This document shows, one piece after another, positions 1-14,628 of a stretch of DNA of 64,000 nucleotides. This stretch comes from Octopus vulgaris. Lineage: Eukaryota. Position numbers and translations under genes: made by a program. Location of the stretch: positions 25,730,001 to 25,794,000 of the forward strand of contig OX597814.1 in NCBI GenBank assembly GCA_951406725.2, read 5' to 3'. Every line of letters starts with the position of its first letter. Position 1 is the first letter of the stretch. The notes under the pieces are model-generated. The model searched no databases and was not told the origin of the DNA. It worked only from the letters and a program-made list of their open reading frames with translations.

Positions 1-750
1 CCCAGTTCCACCATATGCACAACATCATTTTACATGGATGAAGATCTTGTTTCACACACAGTGTCACTTGTTTACTGGGGCTAAGCCATTCCTTATGCTG
101 CTTCATATTAATACACAGGCACCATTTTCCATCACTAGTAATGATTCAGCAAAGAAATCATTACTTGTGTCCATGAGTTGAGCGGTGATGTGCAAGCAAA
201 CGAGTGGAGATTGTGGCTCCTTGATTTTTGTTGATGTCACTTAAAGCATGCGGAACACATGCTCCATACTTCTGAACAGTTCCCATCGAGTAAAGATGCT
301 TCTCTATAGCAGTGTGGGAGCATTCCATTTTCTCTGCCAGTTTCTTTGATGTTAGATGAGAATTTTCGTGCAAAAGTTGGTTAAATCGCTCTTCATCGAA
401 CTCAACTGGACGGCCAGAATGAGGTGCATCTTTGACGTCAAAATTTCCATTTTTGAACTTGGCATACCAATCACAAGCGGTTCTTTCAGCTATGGCACCC
501 TCTCCATACACAGCACAAATGTTGTGAGCAGCTTTTGTGGCCTTAGAACCTTGATTAAAAGCAAAAAGAAGAAGGTGTCGAAAATGCTCGTTTTTCTTAA
601 CTTGACATTCCAGTTTAATGATCTGAAAATAAATAAATTAACAAGAAAAAAAAAAACAAAATAGATTCCAAAATGATTAAAAAATAGAATTCTTGAATAA
701 AATAGATTCCAAAATTTAAATAAACAGCAGGAACTTAGTTGTCAACCCAA
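1..750 (-). mobile_element. mariner (Tc1/mariner) transposon, 5' part, decayed transposase; runs off window start
   Basis: Minus-strand translation ...FRHLLLFAFNQGSKATKAAHNICAVYGEGAIAERTACDWYAKFKNGNFDVKDAPHSGRP (HTH), then after stops IITSDGKW...LHPCKMMLCIWWNW (degenerate TGDEKW and HPKKVMLCVWW motifs). Terminus TTGGGTTGACAACTAAGTTCC abuts TA at 751-752. Confidence 0.9.
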
Positions 751-880
751 TAGTAATGCAAAACTAAGTATAACAAAGGTGAAATATCTTAGTTTTAGTT
801 GCTTTTATTGTCATAGTGCCCCAGGATGACTGAAACAAGTTACGTGTGTATGTATATATATATATATAATATATATATTA

Positions 881-1251
881 TAAAAACACCATCCGATCGT
901 GGCCGTTGCCAGCCTCGCCTGGCCCCCATGCCGGTGGCACGTAAAAAGCACCATCCGATCGTGGCCGTTGCCAGCCTTGCCTGGCCCCCGTGCCGGTGGC
1001 ACATAAAAAGCACCATCCGTCCATGGCCGTTTGCCAGCTCCGTCTGGCACCTGTGTGGGTGGCACGTAAAAAGCACCCACTACACTCACGGAGTGGTTGG
1101 CGTTAGGAAGGGCATCCAGCCGTAGAAACACTGCCAGATCAGACTGGACCTGATGCAGCCTTCTGGCTTCACAGACCCCAGTTGAACCGTCCAACCCATG
1201 CTAGCATGGAAAGCGGACGCTAAATGATGATGATGAGGATGATGATGATGA
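881..1251 (+). mobile_element. RTE-LINE 3' tail or RTE-tailed SINE ending in (GAT)n
   Basis: ~64-bp internal tandem units (taaaaagcaccatccgatcgtggccgttgccagc), then ccaacccatgctagcatggaaagcggacg...gatgatgat. Same 3' end as the RTE remnant at 41612-43510. Confidence 0.75.
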
Positions 1252-1599
1252 TATATATATGATGCAGTTAGCCATAACTTGGATTATACTACAGTGCTTG
1301 AACAATATCTGCCTCAATCTGTTATACCTCCCTATTCACTGTGTGTGTGTGTGTGTGTGTGTGTATCTGTGTCTGTGTGTACAGAGAGGGAGAGAGATTA
1401 AGAATTAGTGTCTAACAAGAGAATGAAAGATGAGGAAAAAAGAAAAGGAAAATGGAAAGTAAGGGAAGGGTCAAGACTTAATGGGAGTTTAAAAGATATA
1501 TAAAAAATGAAGGAGCATTGGATCTAAGTTAGAAACCGAGTTTTTCTCTATTGGCAAGAAATCTTGATATAAAACAATGACATACATACATACATATAT

Positions 1600-1890
1600 G
1601 ATGGACTCTCCAGTCGAAGACAACATATAAGCGTGTAGCTTTTGCCGAACAACCTGCACAAATAATTAGTTTACAGTGATCAAATGTTCATGCCACACAT
1701 TAGCTCACTCCATCAAATCAACATTGTCTGAACAGATGCACTGTGAACTATGCATCAGGTGTTGAAGTGATCACTGAGCAACGTGAGGTGAAGTGTTTTG
1801 CTCACGAATACTATGCACCAGTCTAGGAATTGAAATCACAATCTAGCAATTGTGTGTGCAACACCCCAACAACTAAGCCATGCACCTTTG
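1600..1890 (-). mobile_element. decayed tRNA-headed SINE
   Basis: Minus-strand head aggtgcatggcttagttgttggggtg...gatttcaattcc (A/B-box-like). Shares gagcaacgtgaggtgaagtgttttgctca with 47114-47390. Confidence 0.5.
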
Positions 1891-2179
1891 AATGTATATA
1901 CATATACATACACATGCACACATGCACACACACACACACACACTTACATACATTTTTTTCTCACACACATGTATACACACAATGGGAAATTTGGTCTATG
2001 AAATTCAATTACAAGGCTTCAGTCAGCCCAAAGTTATAGCAGAAGAGACACTTGCTCAAAGTACAATGCAAACCCAGGTGGTTGAAAAACAAGCTTCCTA
2101 TGGCCCTGCTCAATATAAAGAAAAGGTGTTTGTAGAAACACCACACAGTGTACCCAGTGCAGCAGTATCACAGGAAGAT

Positions 2180-2660
2180 TAACAGAAAAAATAGTCTTTG
2201 TGTGCATTAGATGTGCTAGTATAATAAACACTAAGAATATGCAGAGAATAAACTTCCTTAAATGTCCGGGTGTGGGATCCTTAGAAATAACGAATGGCTT
2301 CAGTTATCTAAGTGACCGGAAGAAGTTCCAAAAGCATAGTTGCTAGAATAAGAATGGGCTGGGCATAGTTTATAGAGCTACTACCATTGTTGGTAGCAAA
2401 GGCCTCTCCCTCAAAGTGAAAGGCAGATTGTATGATGCCTGTGTACATACAGCTATACTGCATGGCAGTGAAACATGGCCTCCTTGAGGTCCAACGCTCA
2501 AAAGGTACTTTTCACATGGCACCAGCATCAGTCACCTTGCCTCCATGAGGCCCAATGCTCAAAAGGTACTTTTTACATGCTACCAACATGGGTGCCAGTT
2601 ATGTAACACTGGCATCAGCCATGGCTACAATTTCACTTGGCTTGATTGGTCTTCTCAAGC
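2180..2660 (+). mobile_element. RTE-clade LINE ORF2 C-terminal remnant
   Basis: Translation FSYLSD...SIVARIRMGWA*FIELLPLL..GLSLKVKGRLYDACVHTAILHGSETW (RTE YLG and LYGSETW region). Homologous to 43230-43500 on the minus strand. Confidence 0.75.
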
Positions 2661-4595
2661 ATGGGATATATATATTTATCACCCACCCAGTGTGGATGCA
2701 GTATTAGAACACTGTACACTGCATCAGTTATCATGAGAGGACCTCTCATATGGAATGGACCTATGGTGTACTAAAGCTCTCATGCTTATACCACAGACAG
2801 ACGATGCACTGCCTTTGCGTGTATATATGTGTATATGCATGTGTGTTTCACAAGCAGAAAGATATTATTTACAGTGTTCCATGTTCATTTTTTCCTTCAT
2901 AAAAACAAATATATGCTGAGTCTATTCAACCTGCAATTAGTATCCATGGTTCCAACTATTCATCACTGTGATGAACTTCACATGGGAAAACTTGAGTGTA
3001 AGGAAGAAATCCAATTAACACCAAATCACATATGCACGCACTGTCCATATGAACTTACACTCACACACATATGTGCATAACCAGATCCCTCCTCTCATTA
3101 ATTTTCATTCAGTTCTCAGTCATATTTCCCATTTTAAGCTGAAGATCAAAGATATATGGTTTGTCTCTAAACATTTACAACTCATTAGATATTAGAATAA
3201 TTGCATTTTTACTAAAATTGAATGTTTGCATTTTGATTCAACCATTGACCATTTTGCAATTTTATCAAAGTGGATTCAAGGTTTTCATTATAATGTTTTT
3301 TGTATTGTTTTCTCATTGTTGTTGTTGTTGTTGCTATTTTCATTAATATCATCATTATTATTATTTTATTGTTGATATTGTTATAGTAGTGGCTGTTGCT
3401 ATTTTTCTTGTCATTATTTTAGTTGCTCTTGTCTTTTTTTTTTTTTTTTTTTCTTCAGTTTTGATTTTTATTTTGCTGAAATTTTTTGATCTTTACCAGT
3501 GAAAAGTTAAATGAATTGAAGTCAATCTCTGCTGATAGAAATTAGATTAAAATCTCCAATCATGTAACTCTCTAGCTGATATCCAGGTGGCAGCCAGATT
3601 TGATCTGTCCCTAATCGATATCAATGATGTGAAACAAGTGAAAAACGAAGGGCAATAAAACCCTCCTTAAGAAGTTGTTTTAATTAAGATATGAGCAGCT
3701 GTCTCTATTTTCACTGTCGATATTTCTTCCTCTTCTTCTTTCACACACATGTATACACACATACATATACACATTCATATACACAGATATTTGCCTAATG
3801 CAAATAGCCATTTCTTTTTGTTGATTGATTTTGTATATTTTTTCTATTCAAAACAAAGAGATTGCAATGAAAATGGGAGGGATTTTAAGTAATTATTGGA
3901 ATAAATTCTGAGATTATTTCTTTGTTTTCATTAAGTGAATTAAAATTGTTCTTAATCAACTCAAATCAAAACTAACAATAATAAAAATAGAAAAGAATTA
4001 TCAGTAATTCCTGAAATATTGTAAAGAATATAATGAGAATTTTGCTATGCTTCATGTGTCTGTGCCTCTGTGTATGTGTGTGTGTCATCTTTTTATTTGG
4101 AGATGTGTACATATGTGCCTCTGTACATCAGCACAAATTTGAATTCTCTCTAACTACATATTGGGTACAAAACTACAAGGACATTTGCAATTGATTTTTC
4201 CCCCCTTTTTCTTGGGTATGAACCTGATGTAACTTGGTTCCCCGGGCATAAATTCCTTTAGTGCTTAGTTATGTATTTCTGAAAACTACTTCAGTTACAG
4301 TTCAAGCTTTGAAATCTATTATTCAACAGGAAGTGTGGTAAGACTAGTGTCTTATAGGCAGAGCACAGGACAACTGAAGTAAATGAGGATTACTTATGCT
4401 GGCTAACGTGGAAAATAATTTCTTTGTCAGCAGTTCAGGATATCTAAAACCACAGACAGAAATCTTTCAAAGAAATCTTTTATACATTTTGCTTTGCGCC
4501 ATAACTTCATACTTTTCTCTGTTCTGTTTTGATAGTATAGATAGCTATTATGTGTATTTAATTTATTTTTATATTTTCATTTAAAGTTATATTAG

Positions 4596-4990
4596 GTACA
4601 AGCCTAACTGTGTGGTAAAGAAGTTTACATCGCAACCTCAAGATTCCAGGTTCAGTTCCACTGCATTGCACCTTGGACGTTGGGAAAGTATCTTCAACTA
4701 TAGCACAGGGCCAACCAATGCCTTGTGATTGAATTTGGTAGATGGAAACTGTAAGAAACCCTTCACATCTGTGTGTGTGCGTGTGTGTGTCCCCACATGT
4801 GTATCTTTGTTTTTGTCTGTCCCCACTACTACTTGATAGCTGGTGTTAGTTTATTTACATTCATAGTACTTAGTTTAGTAAAAGAAACCAATAGAATAAG
4901 CACCTGACATTAAAAAGATAATTACAGATGTCAATTTCATTGGCTAAAACCTTTAAGGTAGAGACCAAACAGCCACAATCCACTAAATGG
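4596..4990 (+). mobile_element. tRNA-headed SINE family A (decayed)
   Basis: ctgtgtggtaaagaag...ccaggttcagttccactgc...gccttgtgattgaatttggtagatggaaactg; matches the 16012 and 25200 copies. Confidence 0.7.
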
Positions 4991-5077
4991 AACAGGTAAA
5001 AGAATAGAATCTTAACATCCCAAAAATGACTATTTTTTTTTATAATTAACAAATAATTAACAAAGTTTGGCAATGAC

Positions 5078-5215
5078 ATAATTGACATTGTGTTGCAATC
5101 ATTGACTTTGTGTGTTGGAATTATTGACAATGTATGTTGAAGTCATTGACAGTGTTTTAGAATGACTGATAATGTGTTGGTATTATTGACAATGTGTGTC
5201 AGAAGTACTGATAAA
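5078..5215. repeat. degenerate ~21-bp minisatellite, about 6-7 units
   Basis: Repeated attattgacaatgtgtgttgga-like units. Confidence 0.65.
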
Positions 5216-7131
5216 GTCTCCCATACAAGGTTATATACCTTATTTGTTTACTACCTACCTTAAGTTGTCAGAGCCCTTGCTCTGATACTTAGTCACATCA
5301 TTCAATAAAAAAAAGCAAAGAAATATATGCCATATGTGGTATGCAATAAAGTGATCATACTAATTATTGTATATCTTAAAAAATTGAATTATGTTAGAAG
5401 GCTGTGAAATTGTTAATGCAATAACATGGAATATCATGTCTACTAAATAGCAGGGATACAATTTTCAAGTTGTTTTAGTTAGAAGTTAAGGTTTAGTTAA
5501 ACATAAATGAGATATTTTAACAGCATTATATGTGAAATAATATAGGCTCAGAAGATAACAAATGCAAATTTGAACACAAAAATTATCTTTTAAATTGGAC
5601 TATCAGTTAGCATTCCATATTTATAACACTACTGACATAGCTCAGAAATTCATGAGTTATTTTTACATGAATTTCTGAGTTATTTTTACAAGTTTACCAA
5701 AGAGGAGGAACCTAAATTATGTAGTCTTCCTGGCCATTCTAGACAGTGAGATAATAAAAACAACATGAAATTGATGCTATTAATTTTTCTGCTAAAATTC
5801 AATGTTCAGAAAAATCATTACTTCAGTCAAGTTATCTAAATATTTCTGTTTCATGGCTGAATGGCTACAATTTGAAAAAGCATCTACCTCTAAATTACAG
5901 ATAAATTTTTTCATAGAAATATTACATTTCTACAGTAAGTCAACATGATTTCAGAGAAAAAAATTATTCATAAAAATTTCGGATTTTTATTTTTAATGTT
6001 TCTTAAATATTAAAGATTGATTAAAAAGACATTGAAATTAATTCAATGGTTAAATACATTCTGACATTTATTTATTTTATAGAATCAAGATATTGGAGTT
6101 ATATGTGTTGTGTGTCATGGATGGAGATATTTGTGTCATCTTCTTAGTTTTGATGAAGGTGCTTCTCACGAAAATAGTTGCAGAGATTTCCACTTAATCA
6201 ACTGAAAATTCTATCTCAGAATTTAAATCAGATACACTTTTCAAGGACTGGTTATTGCACACATCATGGTGTGCTTTGGCAATATATTTATTCAGTCTAT
6301 TCATTCACAAATATAAGACAACAAAGCAAAACTAAAAAGAAAAATGGTAAGAAAATCACAGAAATATATTACTAGCCAACATTATAAATTATATAATAAG
6401 ATTCCCAATACTCTACTGGAATTATAAAGATTGTTGCATTAAATCCTCAGGCAGTTATAATAGAGAAACTCTAATTTAGGTGTTTCTATTGAAAGTTTTG
6501 CATTATTCAGTCTCAGTTACCAAACCTTTAAAGACTCAGCAAGGTTTCTTCATCATTTTGATTAACGTTGGGATTATTCTGATGTATTCATATTCACTAA
6601 CCATCTCCTCACAGCTATACTAAATTGATTTCTTCTTCAAGTACTTGGAATCAGAAAAATAAATAATGCTACAACATAAGAGCCTACTAATTCTCTCTCT
6701 TTTATATACATATATAAATACATATACTCACACACAATATTTTTCCTTCTCACGCATAGACTTCTCTCATCTCTTCTCCCACACCCCAATATTTTCTATT
6801 TCTGTTTATGGAACATAGATCCAATTACACTCACATACTTATACATAAATACAAACAGAAATATGAAACATGCCTGGATAGGTATATGATCGTACATTTA
6901 CATACAATTATGGGCCTACATATGAGTTTGCTTTTCTGAAAGACAATGGTGGTACCTTGGTGGAGTAGTTCAAATGTTGATCTACTTGTTTTCAGGTTAA
7001 AGGTGCAATCTGCTCCAGATGTCTTTTGCTTTAATGAATGTTCTATTTTCAGTGGTTTTTCCATCAATGTGCACTTATAGTGAACTGGCTTGAAATGCAT
7101 TAATATCTGCCTTGTGGAGCAACACTATTTC

Positions 7132-7248
7132 CTTGATGATGATGATAATGATGATGATGATGGCAATGATGACGATGAGGATGATGATGACGATGATGAT
7201 AATGATGATGATGATGATGACGACGATGATGACGATGATGATGATGAC

Positions 7249-7279
<31 letters not shown>

Positions 7280-7453
7280 GTAGTGGTGGTGGTGGTGGTG
7301 GTGATGATGACGATGATGGTAGTGGTGGTGGTGGTGGTGATGAGGATGAGGATGAGGACGGTGACGTTGATGGTGGTGGTGATGGTGGTGGTGGTGGTGG
7401 TGGTGGTTGTGGTGGTGGTGGCATTGGCAGCAGCAGTGGTGGTGGTGGTGGTG
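7132..7453. repeat. compound (GAT)n/(GGT)n microsatellite
   Basis: Direct reading; produces the spurious poly-D/G/H/M ORFs. Confidence 0.95.
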
Positions 7454-8727
7454 CAAGCATTTTACAGAACAAAGAAATTGTTATTGTGCTAAATGTCTAT
7501 CAATGTATGATATACAAAACACTTGCTGTAAACCACAAAATCCTTGCTGTACTGTTTTTTTTTTTAATATTGTCTTCCATCTCTGTGGTTCACAGAAACC
7601 AACACTGAACCGGAGTTGAATGACCACCTTACTGTAAAAACTGAAAGACAATGTTAAAAACAACAGATAGAACACAGATGTGAGATTACATTGTTTCCTA
7701 ATGACATTTAAAAGACCAATAAATATCACATAAGTTTGCATTGATGGATATGAAGAAGATTCTGATGTTTTCAGTTATTTTGTCCAGCTCACCTCAAAAT
7801 CAAACATTTTAGCCAAGAAACTCAATATACCATTTATATCTTAAGAAGGTCTTACAGATAGTAACTGTCCCAGTTATCATGGTCATTTCTAGCATATGAA
7901 TTAAGGAGTTACATATCTCCTCATAAACCCACATTCGACCATAATTTGCTCCAGGAGGGTTGGCACATATCCAGCCTTCATACATATGTGTATGTGGCAG
8001 GGATGTATAAACTGAGATTAATTTAACTTCTTTTACAACTTCAAACTTGTTGCTAACAAAGTGAAAATGCATTTTGTTGAGATCAAAACAGTTCCAGAGA
8101 TTTGTGGATGTAATGAGTGAGTTAATGTGTGCACATATTTAAGTGCATGAGTGGATATACTTATACTCATGTATAGGTGTGCATGTCTCTTAAGTAAATG
8201 AGTGTGTGTGTTTCATTACACTTTATGTATGTGTGAGTATACCATATGCACACCTGATTGCATGTAAATGTTTATTCGAGGAAACTCAAATGAAGAATCT
8301 TTGGAATGTTTTACAAATATTCACTCTATCCCTAATCAATTGGATTTGGAGGATGCAGGTCATATATATATATATATATATATCTATGTTTGACAGGATA
8401 AGAAGAAAATTATCAGTGGTGGATTGGTAGAATCAATAGTGCATCAGACAAAATGCCTCACAGCATTTTGTTATGGATTCTTTATGTTCAATCCTGCTGA
8501 GATCAACTTTACCTTTCATCCTTCAGGGGTCGATAAGATAATGCAACAGTCAAGTATTGGGATTGATCTAAACTTCCTATAATGCATCCTTGATGTGAAT
8601 GGAATTATATCAGAAGAAATAAGATGTCATGATTAATTTCATCAAATCAGCATTCGCTGTCATCGCCTTCACCATCATCCTCTTCATCGACATTGTTATC
8701 TACCTTCTCTGCTATTTTCATTGTCAC

Positions 8728-8772
<45 letters not shown>

Positions 8773-9535
8773 TATTATTTTCACTCCTCCTCCTCCTCCT
8801 CATCATCATCACACAAATACCAGTTATATTATCAACCAGCAAAGGATATAGCTTCCCTAATAAATAGATATATAATAATATATTGCTGGTGCATATTACA
8901 GAAGTTAGATCTACATACATAGCAATTACTGATACTTGCTTTGTATTGGATTTCACTTAAGAAAGGAAGGAATTTTATTGCTTGCAAAAGTTTCTCTCAG
9001 ATAGGAACAATTTTAGGTTTTATGACCTTAAGCATCAGTAATGGACCTTGCAGCAGTTTTTCGAGCATGTCAGACTTAATTTAAAGTAAGTTTATTTCCA
9101 CAAATATAGATAAAAATTCTCTCTGTTCTGCTCCTAACTCCATTTCACTCTTTCTCTTTTTTCTCCTTTGTGAATCAAGTTATCTCCTAAACTTTCTATC
9201 AAGCAAAATATCTATCTAATATATATGTCTCTCTGTCTAGCAGCATATTTCTCTGTTCTTCTATCTACCTATCAACATACCCTCTAAACTACGTTTCTAG
9301 CTACCTAAATACTTTTCTTATCAATTTATCCAAATGTTTCTTCTTTCTCATATATAATTGTGTATGTCTGTGAGTGTGTGTGTGAGTGCGTGTGCATGTG
9401 AGAGTGTGTGTGTGTAAATATATGTATTTATATGCATATGTGTATTTATACATTTATATATACATATATGTGTATGCATGTATAATATATATATATATAT
9501 GCACACACACATGCACACACATACAAACACACACA

Positions 9536-9576
<41 letters not shown>

Positions 9577-9579
9577 CAA

Positions 9580-9990
9580 CACTTTCAGAAACTAAACAGT
9601 GAACTAATCAATATATCAGAATGGCTTAATTCAGATAAACTAGCCTTAAACACTAAAATAAAATAAGAAAAAATCCTTACTTGGCTCAGGTACAAAAGCC
9701 ATTGATATCTCAGCTCACTCAGTGAATATAAATAATAGAAAAATAAAAGGAAAAGTAGAATATAGTACTATATATCCTTTCTTATGTGTAAAAATATATG
9801 ACAAAATTAAATAGACACAGCATGTTAATCTAATCAACCAATACATTTCAAAAGCTATCTTTGATTTAAAAGAAGGTAGAAGAACCTATCCGGTAAATGC
9901 ATTCAAAATTTGTATGCTACCCTTGTACTGTCACATCCAAATTATGGTAGCATAACTTGGTAAAATGCATGCAAAATAACACAGGTAAAT
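9580..9990 (+). mobile_element. highly decayed CR1/L2-like LINE RT remnant
   Basis: LNSELINISEWLNSDKLALNTKIK resembles the post-YADD 'W...N.L.LN..KT' motif; many stops downstream. Confidence 0.55.
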
Positions 9991-10041
9991 GAATGTCATT
10001 AAGTGCATAAAACATAAAATAGTGACAATGTTCTGCCTTAA

Positions 10042-10262
10042 CCCTTTAGTGTTCGCATTATTCTGCCAAAGTTAATCCTTTTTCATCCACATTGTTTTGA
10101 ACTGATCATGCATTATCTTGTAGTTATGAGATTTCAATGAGGTAGCTGTTAATTTTAAAAACGACATTGTAGGGTTGGTGTGAGAGACCAGATCTGGCCA
10201 GTTTTAACATAAAACAGGTAGAATACTTTTGGCCGGATATGGCCAGTTTAAATGCTAAAGGG
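10042..10262. mobile_element. piggyBac-type MITE (221 bp)
   Basis: TTAA (10038-41) | CCCTTTAGTGTT ... AATGCTAAAGGG | TTAA (10263-66). Confidence 0.85.
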
Positions 10263-10491
10263 TTAATATTCAATATTTCTCTATTCATATTTGTTTTTTA
10301 ATACGCAATATTGTTCCATCTCCAAAAATGACAACTTCTCTTGCTGCTACCCTCTGAACTATCAACCACACTTCCAGCATCTCACCTTCTTTGTAACCCT
10401 GAACATCTTTTCTCTTCTCAGCTGCCATAAGCACAGTTTCCTTAAAGTCAAACTCATTAGAGATGTGTTTTCCTATGTCACAGCCAGCAAT

Positions 10492-10492
10492 T

Positions 10493-10523
<31 letters not shown>

Positions 10524-10529
10524 CACTAC

Positions 10530-10580
<51 letters not shown>

Positions 10581-10584
10581 CAGC

Positions 10585-10622
<38 letters not shown>

Positions 10623-10703
10623 GAGGAGGAGGAGGAGGAGGAGGAGGAGGAGTTGTAGTAGCAGCAGTAGCAGCAGCAGTAGCAGCAACAGCAGCAGCAG
10701 CAG
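10492..10703. repeat. compound (AGT)n/(AGG)n/(AGC)n microsatellite
   Basis: Direct reading. Confidence 0.95.
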
Positions 10704-11149
10704 TTGTCTCTCAACTGCATGATCTTCAAAAAGGATATTGCTGCTCCCGAGATCATGAGATCAGCAAGACCTTTCATCCTGTCTGTCTAACATAGCAGCA
10801 TATTGATTCTATTTCTAGTGTCAGAATTTCCTGTCAGACAACTCCATTTTTTACACATTAACAGGGCTATCTATTCCTTATTCAATCAACTTTTGTGTGC
10901 ATTTGTATTTTGTTATGTCTACCTTATCTTTCATCTTTACAATAATAACAACTTCACCCGTTGCTTCTAACAGTACATATTTTCATACAGATAATGTTTT
11001 CTTTTCACTGTTCCATAACACTCCATTAGCAATCATCGTTTACAAGCTATCATATACTTCTATCATATCTACAAGGCTTTTATGAAGCGAGACCTGAAAA
11101 AATCTGCTCATGGGAATATAGCAATCTTGTCTCTTTTAACAACACTAAA

Positions 11150-11650
11150 AACTATCACTACACCAATCCTGGAAATGATTTTGCAAAACTACACTTCTTA
11201 ACTCACTAACAACGTATAAAATCTTGAAAATGGCTCAAAGTATTTGGTGTCACAACCTCTGATAATCTATTATAATGACCACACATCTATAATTGTCAAA
11301 ACTGCATCCAAAAAACAAGGCATTTTCTACTTCAGAGTATGGTTGTATTTCATTCTCCCTCCTTTGTTGATCTTTTACATAGTCACTATCTGCACATATG
11401 GGACAGCACAGCAACTACATACATTTACATTATTCACTGCATCCAAAAAATAAGCATTTGATATCCAGAAAAGATTCATAATTTAGCATACAAGAATCAC
11501 TATCCCAAAGGTTATGTACCATTACTTTTATTTTCTTCTACAGTTACACATAATACCTTCTAAGAACTTGTTAGCTGCATACAGACACTATCAATACTCA
11601 CCCATTATAGTCCCCCACCTCTCCACTAATCGTCCTCTTTTGTCTTATCT
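11150..11650 (+). mobile_element. highly decayed CR1/Jockey-like LINE C-terminal remnant
   Basis: DHTSIIVKTASKKQGIFYFRVWLYF..LLIFY resembles the 'HI..I.K.AS.KLG.L.R...YF...LL.LY' region after RT. Confidence 0.4.
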
Positions 11651-14554
11651 ATTAAGCATCTATGTAAAACACATTGCCTCTATCCTTACTTCATGTACCA
11701 ACAACCATCTACAACTTATGACCTGCCCAATTATTTCCAGCAGATGTCAGCTTATGAATGCTGAAACTGACCATCAAGCTAGCATTAGTCAAATTGCCTC
11801 TTGTCACTGATTAATTTTTTTGAAATCTTTTGATAAAATTGTTGTCCTTGTTATTTAGTTTAAAACCAATTCTGATCAAATAAACCTATAATCAAAACCA
11901 CTTCAAACATGACCATCCTGTCTTTTCTTTGGAAACAATGTATCCAGGAATATATTAGTTTGTTCTTTTTAGTAAGATGACAGGGTGTAATGGGAAAAAG
12001 ATCTTGCATTTTATAGCAAGTTGAATGACCAAATAAAGACTTCCTCATGTTTGTTAATGTTCTTAATGTATTATGCAGCAGGCATTGCTGGATATTTTTT
12101 CCCACTCATTGTTTCGTTAATGGTAGTTTAGATATAGACTGCCATACTGCTACAGAATATACAGACATGTCAAGAAGTGCTCAACTTCCAAAACTCACTT
12201 TTCTCAAAATATGAAGTGGAATCAAATAGAATTTGCATTGATTTAGATGTAGTAGATCAACTTTTAAATAAACATTAAAGGATAGTCTGCTAAATTAACT
12301 ATGCCAGTTGTTTCAAGTGTTATGGTGATAATTCTTACATAAGTACATGGCCAAACATTTCTAGGTAGGGAACAATCAATTTCATCAGTATTTGACAAGT
12401 ACATTAATTTATTAAATCCTAAAGGAACAGTTAGCAATGTTCAACTGAGCAGGATCTGGACTTGGAATATATAAAGCCAGAACAAATAATACAAGACATT
12501 TTGTTCAATACTCTAATGAGTCTGCTGTAAAATGTAACATATCAAAAGTATGCTTATCTTCAGAAATAGAATTAAATCTTCATCCTTAAAATTAGGTTGT
12601 GATATTCATTTACAATTAAAAAGGTATCACTAAATTATAGATTAAAGTTGGAGGTCAAATAGAGAAACTCAGTTGCACTGACTTTTAAATTAGCATTTTT
12701 AAAAGTCTGTTTTCTTTTCAATTTTTTTACATAATCTTAATTTATTATCTTTTTACATTCTATATATCTCCTAACAGTGACAACATTTTATTTAATATTA
12801 TTTTGTTCAATGTTAATCTAAGTTAACCTGTATTCTATGTTACTTATATTTTCCTTCTTAATAAGAATATTCTGGAAAACAAGAACTATTTCTTTTTTCA
12901 TCGTCTAATATAAACTTTGTTTTCTTTGTACAGCTGTGTAGCTTTCATACATTTGTCCTTATACTCAATCAATTACCACTACCTAATTTTATAGACATAT
13001 GTATTTGCTTTTGTTCTACCTTATTACAGACTGAAAGCCATAACATTCATCTGTCTATCTTTATATCTACCTGCTTTTTATGTCTATGTGTGTATGCATT
13101 TATTTACCTTATCATCTCTCTTTCTTGCTACTGTCAAACTTTCTTCCTAACTATATTTATGCATCTAATGTATCTGCCTGTATGAATGTCTTCCTACGTA
13201 CATATTTGTCGGTCTATATATTTATATAGCTATCTATCTTTCATTGAACATATCTACCAGTATCTATCCAACCCCACCCATGTATCTACTTCTCTTCACC
13301 GACCGCCATGTCAATCAACCAGCACAGATAGATTCCTTGCCTGAATTGAATAACAGTAATAGAATCAAGAAAAATTGGACATTTTCCAAACCAAGAGATG
13401 AAACTCGTAAAAATAAAATTGGAGAGCAAGACAGCGAGTGGGTGGATGCATGGAAGAGGTGTACTATTGCTTTCTATTCAGGTTATAAGACAACATATGA
13501 TATGTAGTGAGTAAATACATCAAAAAGATACATTTTACCATATATTTTACTTCAGTTAATTTCTGATTACTCTTTATTTTAAACTTTATTTTTTTCTTTA
13601 TCTATTTCCAGTATTCCGTTTTATGACATCTAAAATATTAATATTAGTAAATGTAAAATATGTTTGGGTAATTTCTATTGATATTTTTACCTTACTCATA
13701 AACTTTCAACAGAATATTTTGGTGAGATATTTTTTGTGTTTTTTACAGCTTTTCTAATGCCTATTATTGTTAAAATATATTTTGGATGCTTTAGAATAAA
13801 CTTCTGAGGCAGAAATTAATTTTTATGGCTTTATGGTTAAGGCTTTTACTTTACATCTATGTGGTTTCTGATTCAATCCCACTGCATGGTATCTAAGGCA
13901 AGGATTCTTTTTTTATCTTGACTTCAGATTGACCAATGGCCTGGGAGTGAAATTTGATTGGCAGAGCCTGTGTGGATGCTCATTGGTGGGATTGTTTCTA
14001 TTCCCTGGTTTTAAACTGAATCTATCACTTGGCTTAAAACCTTTTTGATATCACCCTGCCTGAGTTGACACTAGTTCTATGATACAAACTTTTAGCTTTA
14101 AATGATCCTAATTAATATAGTTCCATCAAAGGTGCTATACTCCAAACATCAGCTTAACTTTGACAACAGAGTCTACAGGTTTTAGGTTATACTTTATATC
14201 AAAGAAAATTAAAAGAAAAGGAGATGTAAGAAGGAAAGGAAACTAAGTGATATCAAATTTACAATGTCTCACATGATAGGCCTCGGTTTTACACTCCTCC
14301 AAGACTTTAAATTCACTTCCATGTCTTTCACTATCACATTTGTTTTCCCTGTTTCCCCTTGTCTCCCACCCACATCTTTCTGTGTACTTCTCAGTCATGT
14401 GTTTTGCTTGTCTGCCTTCATTTATTATTTCTCTGTTTCGTACATGCCTTCTAATTTTACTCATTTTATTTACATGATTTTTCTGTGTATCTATCAAGCT
14501 ATCTATCTATTTATCTATCTATCTGCCCATGTATGTGTGTGTGTGTATGTGTGT

Positions 14555-14628
<74 letters not shown>

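Noticed and set aside
3490-3720. Unique, complex non-coding islands that might be enhancers (also 18290-18620 and 38090-38340)
   Set aside because: Cannot be supported without conservation or chromatin data.
7090-7608. 172-aa Asp/Gly-rich ORF and overlapping His/Met/Pro-rich ORFs
   Set aside because: Stop-free trinucleotide microsatellite, open in most frames; no splice or domain evidence.
13330-13510. Possible coding exon (IDSLPEL...YKTTYDM)
   Set aside because: No recognisable domain or convincing splice sites; cannot be supported without RNA-seq.
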